63,710 nucleotides of DNA from a virus (IMGVR_UViG_3300040985_001289:1-63710), one strand, 5' to 3'. Positions 20,482 through 30,527 are shown, numbered from the stretch's first letter. A program made the numbers and translations. Notes: generated from the letters alone by a model not told the origin.

Positions 20482-21112
20482 CGGTATCCTCTACTAATCT
20501 CTGAAAGTGTCCAGAATTTGGTGAACTAACACTGATTATTAAGGATGAATTCGCTAAACCGGCTTTCATCGCCTCGTCAAAGTCATCCTGAAAAGCAGAC
20601 TCGTCACTGAAAAATACAGTTGGAACTCTACTCCTTACAACATCACCGCCACTTGGAACAGCCTCTATCCACGAGGCATTGGTTGTTCTAAACTTTTTAG
20701 TGCTCTTCCTGCCACCTGGTTTCCCGACATGATCGTGGAAAATTACAGGAAGATTATCATACATATACTCAACACGGGTCAACTGATATGCACTATCCTC
20801 AACTTTCTTCGATTGGACAATGCAGTAACTCCCGTCAACAAACATGTCAACCCATAACAGGAATGCCATGCTGATCCAACTTATCATTAATTGTCTTGAT
20901 TTCGGGACTAACATAACTTGTGTAAATCCCGTAGACTGTCCCTTCTCTAATAATCCTTGAGCCATCTCACAAAAAACTGGGAATATCTCATCCCAATCAG
21001 GGAAATGCTTCAGGTTCTGCTTGTCATGCTCGTCAAACGTCAAACAGAAGTTTTTTATAAAGTACCACGAATCTTGCTGTGAAAAATAAATGTCATTTTC
21101 GGTTGCTTTCAT
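20312..21112 (-). CDS. terL: Terminase large subunit, N-terminal ATPase part
   Basis: 'PKSRQLMISW' Walker A variant, 'FFSDESAF' Walker B, 'VSSPN' coupling motif. Confidence 0.85.
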   Translation of the reverse strand: MKATENDIYFSQQDSWYFIKNFCLTFDEHDKQNLKHFPDWDEIFPVFCEMAQGLLEKGQSTGFTQVMLVPKSRQLMISWISMAFLLWVDMFVDGSYCIVQSKKVEDSAYQLTRVEYMYDNLPVIFHDHVGKPGGRKSTKKFRTTNASWIEAVPSGGDVVRSRVPTVFFSDESAFQDDFDEAMKAGLANSSLIISVSSPNSGHFQRLVEDTDGEAVEGFGNLPDFEQDCDGQDESVDEGRETDNETGGVLLQGRSGKQSGRGWKMVR

Positions 21113-22143
21113 TATGCAGCATACCGCTTTCTCAACTTTTCGATATATACTTCGAGTGCTTCGGGGTTCTCCCTTTGCAACTGGTCTATCATCCGTTTCG
21201 TCTGCTCAATCAACTGTTCCATCGCCTCTTCAGGGTTCTTCGCTACTTTTGGATTTGCCCCGCTTTCTGACTTTGGTTGCGGGAACACAGATCCCATTAT
21301 TTTGACTGCCTCGTTTCTTATCTTATGATCAGCAACCTCGATAGACATCTTGTATACTTTATCAATTATGAATTGTTCCATAAGGATAGCGGATACCTGA
21401 TTATCTGTCAACTCAGGGGCAATCTTTAATAAATCAGCTTTCTGATCCCTAACAATATGCTTGCCAATCCATTCATGTTTAATAGCATTCAGCGAGTCAT
21501 TAAGTGTTGATAACGCCCGATCACGCATATCATCCGGCTCCATCCCCAATTCTTTAAGAACCTGCGCGTAGATGCCTAATGTCTTTAATTTTGATCGGTG
21601 GTGCTCAATGAGCGAACATGATGTCGGGTAGTCGATGGTTTTCTTATACCCGAATGTCTTGCAAGTTTCTACAGGGTCGTAGCCAGTTGTGAAATAATGC
21701 TTTATAATATCAATTGATTTTTCGGTTGAGAGTCTCTCCTTCTCTTTCTCACTCTCACTTTTCTTCGTCCCCTTCATTCGACCTGCACGACCATATGTAA
21801 ATTCGGTGTCATTTTCCTTCGCCTGTTTCCTACGAACATCAATCTTCTTCATGTTCTTTATGCCAGATGGAGACTTTGCGTATTCTTCATTCTCCCATCG
21901 AACATAATCTTTATGATACGACAACCCGAAATCTTTCATCAGAAGAAGGCACATATAAATAGCGTGTTCGGCAATATCATTCAGCATCAGCATCTCGTGA
22001 TACTTGTGGTCAACCATGTAATCAGATAAGTCCCCAACGGTATTGAGTCCAATAGACGAGAATGCCGTCACCTGTCTACCATTAAACTTGGTATTCAGTG
22101 ACGTTAGTCTAATATTATCTGATATGTCAACCAGTTTACTCAA
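21112..22143 (-). CDS. Putative terminase small subunit
   Basis: Immediately upstream of and coupled to TerL ATPase; helical; 'DHKIRNEAVKIM' resembles TerS C-terminal motifs. Confidence 0.4.
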   Translation of the reverse strand: MSKLVDISDNIRLTSLNTKFNGRQVTAFSSIGLNTVGDLSDYMVDHKYHEMLMLNDIAEHAIYMCLLLMKDFGLSYHKDYVRWENEEYAKSPSGIKNMKKIDVRRKQAKENDTEFTYGRAGRMKGTKKSESEKEKERLSTEKSIDIIKHYFTTGYDPVETCKTFGYKKTIDYPTSCSLIEHHRSKLKTLGIYAQVLKELGMEPDDMRDRALSTLNDSLNAIKHEWIGKHIVRDQKADLLKIAPELTDNQVSAILMEQFIIDKVYKMSIEVADHKIRNEAVKIMGSVFPQPKSESGANPKVAKNPEEAMEQLIEQTKRMIDQLQRENPEALEVYIEKLRKRYAA

Positions 22144-22475
22144 TGCACGCCTTTCCCGAATTTTTCAACACCCTGTGCTGTTGGCTTGACGATTTGTTGT
22201 CCTTGTATCTGTTTCTGCATCGCACTCATCGAAGTAAATACTTGATGAAGCAACATGCCTGATATCTTATTAAGTCCAGCAAGAATTAAGTCTATACCAG
22301 CCTTCTCATTACCCACAACCGAAAATTGGTTTGTCTTCTCATTGAAGTAAACATGGCAAATATCCATGCAATCAGGATCTTCGTTTGGTGGTAACTGTTT
22401 AGGTTCTTCCTTTTGGGTTGGTAATGATTTTACTGGATTATACTTCTTCTTAGATTTACTCATTGGTTCTTCCAC
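22140..22475 (-). CDS. Hypothetical protein
   Basis: ORF overlapping both neighbours in the late operon. Confidence 0.55.
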   Translation of the reverse strand: MEEPMSKSKKKYNPVKSLPTQKEEPKQLPPNEDPDCMDICHVYFNEKTNQFSVVGNEKAGIDLILAGLNKISGMLLHQVFTSMSAMQKQIQGQQIVKPTAQGVEKFGKGVH

Positions 22476-22974
22476 TGAAATAAACGTTCTTGTGATTACT
22501 GCGTAAAAAATCTAACGCTCGTGTTTCTCTAATGCGTCGATGTCTTGCTTGACCTTCTCGTTCTTCATCCTGTTTTTTACCAAGTGTAGGATCATCACCG
22601 AGGTACAGGAAGATATTTGTTGCCCCGTAATCTTCGTTTGGTGTTCGGACAACTTTTCCTTCCCGACCAACCTTCTTCTTCCCATACTGCCTTGTATTGA
22701 CCGTTTTGAACCGTCGTAACGGGAAGTTTAAGTGGTTGACATGTTCCAACCCACGAATAAACTCTTTTTCAATAGGGGTCATTCGTGAATAAGAAACAAG
22801 TTCAAGTTCACCACGTTTTTCTGCTCTCGAAAAGTAATGCCCCCACGAGTCAGTGCCTGTGAAGACACTTAGTGTACCGATTGGTTCAACAGAATATCCT
22901 CCGCGACCATCAGAGACAGTCTTGAAGTTTCTTCCGGAGGGGTTAGTTACTCCTTTGAGCATTCCGTGCTTCAT
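22456..22974 (-). CDS. Hypothetical protein, first gene after promoter at 23039
   Basis: 172-aa ORF. Confidence 0.6.
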   Translation of the reverse strand: MKHGMLKGVTNPSGRNFKTVSDGRGGYSVEPIGTLSVFTGTDSWGHYFSRAEKRGELELVSYSRMTPIEKEFIRGLEHVNHLNFPLRRFKTVNTRQYGKKKVGREGKVVRTPNEDYGATNIFLYLGDDPTLGKKQDEEREGQARHRRIRETRALDFLRSNHKNVYFSGRTNE

Positions 22975-23010
22975 TGAGTTTTTCTCTTTTATGGAAAAAT
23001 ACGTTTCTTA

Positions 23011-23039
23011 ATGGTACATAAAAAAAATCAGAAAGTCAA
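23011..23039 (-). promoter_or_regulatory. Sigma70-type promoter for packaging/virion operon
   Basis: TTGACT-17 bp-TACCAT with extended TG. Confidence 0.6.
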
Positions 23040-23330
23040 GTGGTGGGTGTGAATGATATTCACATGTGTGCTTTTTGTTCGCATGGTGCGAATGGTTTTC
23101 GCAGGCTAACTTGTTAATGTTGGGGGAGTTAATTTAATGTAGAATTATTTTGTCTTTTTTTTAATGGGTCGCAGTCTGTCTCGTGGTGGGTTTGCTTGTG
23201 GATGGCATCGCTTACCCTGCCTAAGTATACAAAAAAAACAATGACTAAGAAGATTATTGGAATTGAAATGATGCCATAGATTGTGATTAATTCATCTGTG
23301 TGTTGGGTTGGTGTGATCACAGTGACAATA

Positions 23331-23567
23331 TCATTCATACGGATCCCTGTGGTTAGCATTACACTTTTCTTGGAGGTCTGCGTAGTGTTCTTCTTCGTAA
23401 TCATCCTCTACTGACTCTACCAATAGGCACATAAGCTTAATGAATATTGCCACCCCTATCACAGCCCACGCAAACGCAATAGTAACAGCCAACGGGGACG
23501 CATCGCCAATAGTGTCGTAAGGCTTATGTCTGCTCAATATCCACTCCATCATATTAAAAATATTCAT
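23331..23567 (-). CDS. Small membrane protein
   Basis: One hydrophobic helix; ATGA overlap with upstream gene. Confidence 0.5.
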   Translation of the reverse strand: MNIFNMMEWILSRHKPYDTIGDASPLAVTIAFAWAVIGVAIFIKLMCLLVESVEDDYEEEHYADLQEKCNANHRDPYE

Positions 23568-24796
23568 TGTTTACACACGAATAGGGATCTAATCCCTCCG
23601 TGTCTCCCAGTGTCCCTAATCCACTCAACACTCTTGAACCCTGCTTTCAGGAGGTGTTCGCGAATATCGTCTTTATTCTTAAACTCTTCGATGACGCAAT
23701 CCCCTTTCGATTCTGCATGTGCCGTTTGGTAGACAAGAGTCTTACAGTGCTTGGCAATTGATTCCATCGCCATTTCAAGCCCATGCCATCCGGATTGCTT
23801 CAGTATCCACATTGAAACATTCATCATAATGCACAGATCATAATCTTGTTCGCACTCAGTAAACATGATGTACTTTATTGTTGGGGGAGTTAATTGTTGC
23901 CAATATCCGTGATCCATAGAATAGTGACCGACAGCCCTTGCCACTCTCAAAGAATGAATATCTGGTTCGTATGCAGTCACAATTGCACCACGCTGAACCA
24001 TTTCGATTGTGTTATACCCCACAGAACAACCTATATCCAGAATTTTCTTCCCTTTGGTTTCTGGGCAAGCATATTTAAGGATCTCATCAAACTCAAATTC
24101 AACTGTATCCTTATGAGTCTTAACCCCCTGGATCATCGGAACTTTATGATAAGCGTGACCATTGAATATGCTTGATCCTGCACTATTATTTGTTCCGAGT
24201 TTAGTGCACAACAACTTTATGCAATCTTCCTGAATAGTGCTAATCGCTGTCTCGTCCGATTCCCATTCATCTCGGTATCGCTTGTAATTAACATCAGCAC
24301 CATCTTCGCAATAGAAAAGCTCAGTTGCCCACGCCCAGTCTATTAAGGTGAATTTTTGGGAGACTTGATCATAGCATATATTCGACGGATTAATATCCCT
24401 GTGCCATACATCAGCCTTCTTCAGTGTTTTCTTTACATGACTCAGCCACGCCACCAACTCAACGAGTGGTATATCCTTCCGAGTGATATATCGTTTGCCG
24501 ATTGGTTCGCCAGCGTAGTCCATCCATAGTTCATCCCCTTCAACCTCCCTTCGGATTGCATTCTGTGGCATGAAGTCAAAGCTGTACTTTTCTATAAAAT
24601 ACAACTCGCCACGCCTGTTGAACTGAATGTTGTTCCGATAGTATAAATCATTATATATCTTTATAATGCGATCTTCGTTTCTGTGTGTTTCTGATTCCAT
24701 CCCCCGATTCTTCCACAGGTACTCTTTCTGGAGGAAACGAATGTAGCCAACTGCTTTTTTGATTAGTGAGTTCAATTCATAAACTCCTTTAGCCAA
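23564..24796 (-). CDS. Kinase-like (APH/protein kinase fold) plus class I SAM methyltransferase fusion
   Basis: 'HRDINPSN...LIDWAWA' catalytic loop; 'ILDIGCSVG...AYEPD' SAM-binding motifs. Confidence 0.8.
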   Translation of the reverse strand: MAKGVYELNSLIKKAVGYIRFLQKEYLWKNRGMESETHRNEDRIIKIYNDLYYRNNIQFNRRGELYFIEKYSFDFMPQNAIRREVEGDELWMDYAGEPIGKRYITRKDIPLVELVAWLSHVKKTLKKADVWHRDINPSNICYDQVSQKFTLIDWAWATELFYCEDGADVNYKRYRDEWESDETAISTIQEDCIKLLCTKLGTNNSAGSSIFNGHAYHKVPMIQGVKTHKDTVEFEFDEILKYACPETKGKKILDIGCSVGYNTIEMVQRGAIVTAYEPDIHSLRVARAVGHYSMDHGYWQQLTPPTIKYIMFTECEQDYDLCIMMNVSMWILKQSGWHGLEMAMESIAKHCKTLVYQTAHAESKGDCVIEEFKNKDDIREHLLKAGFKSVEWIRDTGRHGGIRSLFVCKQ

Positions 24797-25146
24797 TCAA
24801 CGTTAGTGTCATACTCTTCAGTACCATCTCTCATTTGCCAAGTCAGACCAACCACATCAAACTTTGTATGGTCAGCATCGGTTGCTTTCATTTCAATCTT
24901 CACCCCCTTTGCACCAACACCAAAACATCGACTTTGAAGAGCCTTTGTGAATCTTGTGGTTATTTCTTTTTCAGGATATAGCATCAGGAAAGCTTTCTCA
25001 AGTTCTGGCATTTTGCCATAGCACGGTTCCCATGAACTTCCCCTAAGTTCCTCCCATGCCTCAGCACAGTATCTCTGATATTCAATTTCATCTTGATCAA
25101 TAAATCGCTCACTTGTAGAGAACCCTTCAGATTTTAATTCTATCAC
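24772..25146 (-). CDS. Hypothetical protein
   Basis: Likely GTG start overlapping the permease stop. Confidence 0.5.
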   Translation of the reverse strand: MIELKSEGFSTSERFIDQDEIEYQRYCAEAWEELRGSSWEPCYGKMPELEKAFLMLYPEKEITTRFTKALQSRCFGVGAKGVKIEMKATDADHTKFDVVGLTWQMRDGTEEYDTNVDWLKEFMN

Positions 25147-25613
25147 TTCACCACCCTCGAAACAATTTCCGAAACATACCCGACGATAACGGGTACAAAA
25201 AACGAACTTGCCACCCTGATAAATACGAACTTCCAACCGAGTATACTTGACTCGAAGATTAGTCGTCCAGGTGACATCAACGACCAACTCGTAACGAACG
25301 CCATTATCGCACCTACGCTATACCCCATGTCAATAAATCCTTTAGTGAGTGGAGTATTTGTGTAGATCCCACCAAATGTGAATAATCCTGCAATCGAGCC
25401 TTTGATTACCCCGAACTGTTCAACACCCTGACCACCTTGACCGATGATAGCCTTCATCATGCCCACAATGACGAAGGCGAAGAGAATAGCAATCCATGTG
25501 TCTTTTAGTATGCCAAGAGAATTAGACGCCCCTGTGACGGCTACGCCCCTGAATAACGCTATCAGCGTGACAGCAACAGCGAGACAGACGATGATTATGT
25601 TACTCGTTGTCAA
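25143..25613 (-). CDS. Predicted permease (ArsP/DUF318-like)
   Basis: Several TM helices; 'G.SVGAIMAFVTSWSL...E..ILGWKF..IR' signature. Confidence 0.65.
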   Translation of the reverse strand: MTTSNIIIVCLAVAVTLIALFRGVAVTGASNSLGILKDTWIAILFAFVIVGMMKAIIGQGGQGVEQFGVIKGSIAGLFTFGGIYTNTPLTKGFIDMGYSVGAIMAFVTSWSLMSPGRLIFESSILGWKFVFIRVASSFFVPVIVGYVSEIVSRVVK

Positions 25614-25803
25614 CCTTAACCTTCCGTTTGTAATCTGTCTCGTAGAACCCTGAACCGTTGAATTGTGGTGGAGATGTCTGTGTTGGGATCTTCTTCATGT
25701 GTGATCTACACTTCTCGCATTTCTTCCTGTATGAGTCTTTGATCAGGTGGTACACTTCCTTCATCCACCCACACTCTTGACATTTGTATGAATAAAAGGG
25801 CAT
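25600..25803 (-). CDS. FmdB-family zinc-ribbon protein
   Basis: MPFYSYKCQECG...CEKC...FNGSGFYETDY. Confidence 0.85.
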   Translation of the reverse strand: MPFYSYKCQECGWMKEVYHLIKDSYRKKCEKCRSHMKKIPTQTSPPQFNGSGFYETDYKRKVKVDNE

Positions 25804-25805
25804 CT

Positions 25806-26177
25806 CTATTCACCAACTATAGTAAACTTGGATGAATCGGCATCGTACCAAAGCAATGTGGATAAGATTGTATCAGTATCAGTCATTATTAGATTTATTC
25901 TGAAATACCTTGATGTTGTGATAGTGTCTGTGTCGATTAAGTCAACCCACCTAAATAAAACACTGTCAGCAAATTCTTCTCCGTCGATAATGGGACTCGT
26001 CTTGCAAGGTATCCAATCTTCATCGGGTGTCGTTACAAGAATGTCATCTTCTGTCATAACATTCTCAACATGATACTCTGTGTCTTTAATGACGAACCAA
26101 CAGGCAAAGAATATCACCAACATGACGATAGCAATCGCTAAGAATTTCAATCTTTCTCCCATTTGTTTGCGACCCAA
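25806..26177 (-). CDS. Membrane-anchored hypothetical protein
   Basis: N-terminal TM helix. Confidence 0.55.
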   Translation of the reverse strand: MGRKQMGERLKFLAIAIVMLVIFFACWFVIKDTEYHVENVMTEDDILVTTPDEDWIPCKTSPIIDGEEFADSVLFRWVDLIDTDTITTSRYFRINLIMTDTDTILSTLLWYDADSSKFTIVGE

Positions 26178-26553
26178 ACATACTTTGTTGGTAATGGTGA
26201 TCGTCCGGATTTAAGTAACCTGACCCTGACAATTTCACCAGAATAGTCATGTAGCCACTCTTCGTTGTCTTCTTCGATAACAGGTCGCCTTCCGTTCTGA
26301 TCGCAAGTTATTATTCCCGTATCAGTATCTAATGTGAATGTAAATTTGCTCAATGTAGTGCTCGCTGGTTCAAGTCTAAGGTTATCCCTCTTTAGTTCAG
26401 GTCTAATGTGTCCATTCTTCATACTCATCCTCTATCATTTTGAATGTCATATCTGCGATATCATCTTCCTCTGTGTCAATAATCCCATCGAAACCGTTGA
26501 TGAATTGATAGAACACTTCGTTTATATAGCCATCTGGAATGATTAGGATTGGC

Positions 26554-26751
26554 TCACACATAGAGGTCTTCCGGAGAACACCCCATAACATCACAAATTA
26601 CCCTTTCATGTTCGGGTCGGACTTTTAGGTATCCATTTACAAGACTCGCAAGATAGCCATAATGAACCTGTGGTATCTTTAATGACAAATCTTTGAGCTT
26701 CATCTGCCTCTGTGCCAGTAATGTTTTTAACCCTGACATCGGTTTATACAT
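26554..26751 (-). CDS. Cro/XRE-family HTH regulator
   Basis: 'LKTLLAQRQMKLKDLS...YLASLVNG...ICDVMGCSPEDLY'. Confidence 0.8.
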   Translation of the reverse strand: MYKPMSGLKTLLAQRQMKLKDLSLKIPQVHYGYLASLVNGYLKVRPEHERVICDVMGCSPEDLYV

Positions 26752-26875
26752 TTTATCCTCTTTTTTGAAAGCTATTCAAATATACAAATAAAATATCCTT
26801 AACACAACAATTAATGTTTGATTAATAAGATTTTTTTGTTATATTCTTCTATCGACAATAAAAAGAGGGAAAAAT

Positions 26876-27907
26876 GTGATGGGCAATAAACAGTTAGATA
26901 GGGACAAAATAATTGAATTCATCAGGACATACGGACACAATAAGGCGTTATTAGACCTTGACGGTAAGATCACCTCCGGAGCTTTCAACGTTGACCAAGA
27001 AGCACAGAGCCATCAAGTCAATTCATCCTCCACACTACATTTCCAGAAGTTCAGCAAGGGTACGATGCCGGAAGTTATGCAGAGTATAATACTAATACAA
27101 AAGCATAGCAACGTTGGGCGAATTACGAGAATTGGTCACATTGTAGAATATGGCGAAGGGAGTAATCCATTGTTCTGTAATGAGGCTGACCACGAGGCAA
27201 TCTATATTGATGACCCTTACAACTACCGTTGGGCGTACATAGACCACCTGTGGGAGGCGTTCGATGAGAAGGATACTGTACCAGTAGATATGGCGAAAGA
27301 TGGATCTGCTGATAAGCAGTACAGTGTGGATATAGAGGAGCACCCCTCCTTCCCCAAATTCGACGAGAAAGTCCATGTGCTCGATACTGGGGAAATTGAG
27401 AAGAGAATGAATAGTCTTGAATCAACACTCTCTAACTTGGGTAATTTTGTTAAAAAACTTTCTAAAATTTCCGACACAATCTGTGACGTATTGGGTATTA
27501 AGATTGTTGAGAATTGGAGTGGTGGTAAAGATCCAGTAACCCTTGATATGGATGAAGCCAAAGTCGGTGACGAGAAAGAGAATGATCCTCTACAAGAATA
27601 CAACTTCAACCATGTTGATCCGGAAATCCTTAGCCAGATATCCCAAGCAATTGATGACGCAAAATCTAAGATGATGGAGAATCTTTTCAAAATATGTACT
27701 CATCCAACAATTGTCGAAGATAAAACCTACCCAACAAGCCAACCCGACCTCAACAAAGTGTTCTACGAGGCGGAAGATGTGGAAGGGTTCAGAAAAACAG
27801 TACTCTTTTATGCACAATATCCTGCAATTATGTATGTCTGCGACAATTGTTTCGAGTGCATATACGAGAAGGATGCCAAATTTCACAACTGCAAGGACAA
27901 GAAATGA
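26876..27907 (+). CDS. Hypothetical protein divergent from Cro-like gene
   Basis: 343 aa, AGAGGG RBS; no HTH or S24 peptidase motif seen. Confidence 0.65.
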   Translation: MMGNKQLDRDKIIEFIRTYGHNKALLDLDGKITSGAFNVDQEAQSHQVNSSSTLHFQKFSKGTMPEVMQSIILIQKHSNVGRITRIGHIVEYGEGSNPLFCNEADHEAIYIDDPYNYRWAYIDHLWEAFDEKDTVPVDMAKDGSADKQYSVDIEEHPSFPKFDEKVHVLDTGEIEKRMNSLESTLSNLGNFVKKLSKISDTICDVLGIKIVENWSGGKDPVTLDMDEAKVGDEKENDPLQEYNFNHVDPEILSQISQAIDDAKSKMMENLFKICTHPTIVEDKTYPTSQPDLNKVFYEAEDVEGFRKTVLFYAQYPAIMYVCDNCFECIYEKDAKFHNCKDKK

Positions 27908-28173
27908 AACCATACGTCAGACACCTCCACGACGAAGAAGATGCTTTTAAGTTAATCAACTTTCAGATAGACGGACTTGCCAAGAAATATAAACATGAAG
28001 TCTTTGTCGTCTATTTAATTCATAATGACCCTTCTACATGGGAGTTCAATATACTTGGATTCGGATCAGAGTCACAGATCCCAAGAACGACAAAGTTGTT
28101 CCTCGCTAAAGAACTCAAGTACACTGAACTAAGGGTAGCCACAGATAATGAAGTCCTTGACGAAGCGAGGTGA
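27904..28173 (+). CDS. Hypothetical protein
   Basis: ATGA overlap with upstream ORF. Confidence 0.5.
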   Translation: MKPYVRHLHDEEDAFKLINFQIDGLAKKYKHEVFVVYLIHNDPSTWEFNILGFGSESQIPRTTKLFLAKELKYTELRVATDNEVLDEAR

Positions 28174-28551
28174 GTGATGGAGTGGTTAAGAACACTTGAT
28201 AGTTGGATTCATTATGAGATAGAGATACTTGGGCTATGGGATATTGTCTCTGGGATAAAACTTGGGTTCAAGATATTCTGGATAATATTAAAGATCAGCA
28301 TTTATCTCGCTGGGGTATACTACATTATTCAACTCTTTCTTTAAATCCCCAACTTTAATTTCAAAACATAGGTTGTAAAATAATGGCATTAACACCCCCA
28401 TCAATGATTTTTTGGACAAAAACACTTCTTGACGGAACAAGAGCACGGATTAATATTTATGATATATTTGTTATTGCAGACGAATGTATGAGTTCTTGGA
28501 CAATAGAAGTCGATTATCCAGCCATTAAAACTTGGGATCAAAGATTAACAC

Positions 28552-28693
28552 TTGACTCTGCCTCAGAATAGACCTATATTGTAGGTGCGACAAGAATTTC
28601 CAACAAAGTACCTGATAGTCACCCCTCCAATTTCTTGTCGCAAAGAAACCGATATGACTGTTGGGTACTTTGTTGAGAAGAGAGGATGGAATC
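28552..28693 (+). promoter_or_regulatory. Promoter plus A-B-A'-B' structured leader (copy 1)
   Basis: TTGACT-17-TATATT; A 28586-96 pairs A' 28632-42; B 28601-21 pairs B' 28655-75 (21 bp, only G-U wobbles). Confidence 0.7.
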
Positions 28694-29002
28694 ATGAATA
28701 AGCAAGAAACAGAGAAGCAATACCTCCGTAGAATAAAAAAACTCCTACGTGATCACCTATCCAAACCTCCCTCTGAAAGTGAACTCCGACAAAGACGGGT
28801 AAATCTCGACCTTACTCCTGACCAAAAGAAAGTATTCAAGTATTGTGTTGAAAACACTTACGTGATTTGTGAACCGATCATGAAAAGTCCAAGACACATA
28901 TCAACGCTAATAGGGCTTCCGCTTCAGACAGTCAGGACAGCACTCCTCAAAATGATTGAACTTGATATTATCGACACCAGACTGAGTTACATAATCTGTT
29001 AA
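28694..29002 (+). CDS. Winged-HTH DNA-binding protein
   Basis: 'LTPDQKKVFKY...SPRHISTLIGLPLQTVRTALLKMIELDII'. Confidence 0.7.
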   Translation: MNKQETEKQYLRRIKKLLRDHLSKPPSESELRQRRVNLDLTPDQKKVFKYCVENTYVICEPIMKSPRHISTLIGLPLQTVRTALLKMIELDIIDTRLSYIIC

Positions 29003-29005
29003 CCT

Positions 29006-29299
29006 TTGGTGAAGAGAAAATCAAAACGAAAAAATATCCGTATCTTTGAAAATAAGATAATGAGCAGACCAGACCTGTCAAAGTCTGAGAAAGCTATATT
29101 CAGGGCGATTCTAAGCGACTACAACCCCTACGCTACCCCACCGGTATGTGCACCTGAATATAGTTACATAAAAATCCACTCTTCGTACCGATCACACACA
29201 ACAATCAGTAACACGATCAAAAGACTCCAAGATCTTGGTATAATTATAGTTATCAAGCGAAGCAGCGTCAATTATTATTACTTTACAGACCTCCTTTAG
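29006..29299 (+). CDS. Winged-HTH protein (replication-initiator N-terminus-like)
   Basis: 'DLSKSEKAIF...SHTTISNTIKRLQDLGII...NYYY'. Confidence 0.7.
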   Translation: MVKRKSKRKNIRIFENKIMSRPDLSKSEKAIFRAILSDYNPYATPPVCAPEYSYIKIHSSYRSHTTISNTIKRLQDLGIIIVIKRSSVNYYYFTDLL

Positions 29300-30497
29300 T
29301 TGTGAACACATTCACAAGCCAGTCCATTTTATGAACCCACGCGCACGCGCCCGTAATAAGGAAGTATTATATAAGAGCTTGAAGTTTGTTACGCAAAACA
29401 CTCTCTCTTAAAGTTACAACCCAACCCCCAAAATTTTTGGAAAGATCCTACAGAATATGTCCCATAAACGATTACTGTATGTAAAAACGTCAGAATAAAA
29501 ACCATGAATGCGAATGCTGATATATAATGTAAGCAAGGGTCGTCCCGTGAGATGGCGGGGGTACATTGGTGTGGGGGTGGTGTCTCAGATTCCACAGTGC
29601 TGATTGCATAGTGACCTGGCATAGTGAGGTTCGATTTGATTCGGTCTGGAATGTGATTCGCGATATGCCTGTCTGGTATCACATCACATTGTGGGAGTTG
29701 TGTTGGAATTACCAGTAGATTGGCAATGGTATTGTGTGGGAGTTGTCTCGTTCGTTGCTTAGGCGCGCTTTATAGGTGTCATATGTGGGGAGTTTATCGG
29801 AAGTGTAGTTCGGTAGTGCTATTTAATCGGATTGTATTAATTTTTAACTTGATCGGGCTATCAATAGCAAATCGCATGTTCAAGTAACTAATTAATCGGG
29901 ATTGCAATTTACTTGCAAAGGTGTCATACTGCTCTCGTATCGGGATGAATTCAGCTTTCATATGGCAATGAGTCCTCATTCTCTTCTGATTCACACATTA
30001 AATCAAAGTCATTCATAACTTGATAACCTGAGTCCGGAAGTAAATTAGACACAATATCGATATGTGTCCTTTCGGGCAATTCCCTCAGCAACCTGAGTAA
30101 GTCAACTGCTATTACACGAGCTTTCTGTTCTTCAACTTTCACTCTTACCTCTTGAAATTATGTTCACGAATGTGTACCAATACCCCAACTTACTTTACAT
30201 AATACTGGACACTTTCCAACTATCATTGACTTGTACCTTGCACAATTGTTCATGCACTATGCCGGATATATTAAGATTTGAGGTGAAATATCATTTCACA
30301 TGAAATCCTTTCTAATGAAACCTTTTCACATTCAAGGATGTAAGTTCCTCTCGCGCGTATATAGGGTATGTGCGTACCATAGTTGCGTAGTTTACTTGAA
30401 TGCCAGGTTTTGTATTACATGTGGGTTTATTGGGTTGTGTAGTTCTTCCAGTTGTTTCACTTTGTTGGTTAGTTCGGCAATTTGTTCGGATTGTGCT

Positions 30498-30527
30498 TTG
30501 TAGATTTGTAGATTTGTAGATTTGCAG
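30498..30527. repeat. Tandem 8-bp repeat (tgtagatt x3) in largely non-coding region
   Basis: ttgtagatttgtagatttgtagatttgcag. Confidence 0.8.
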
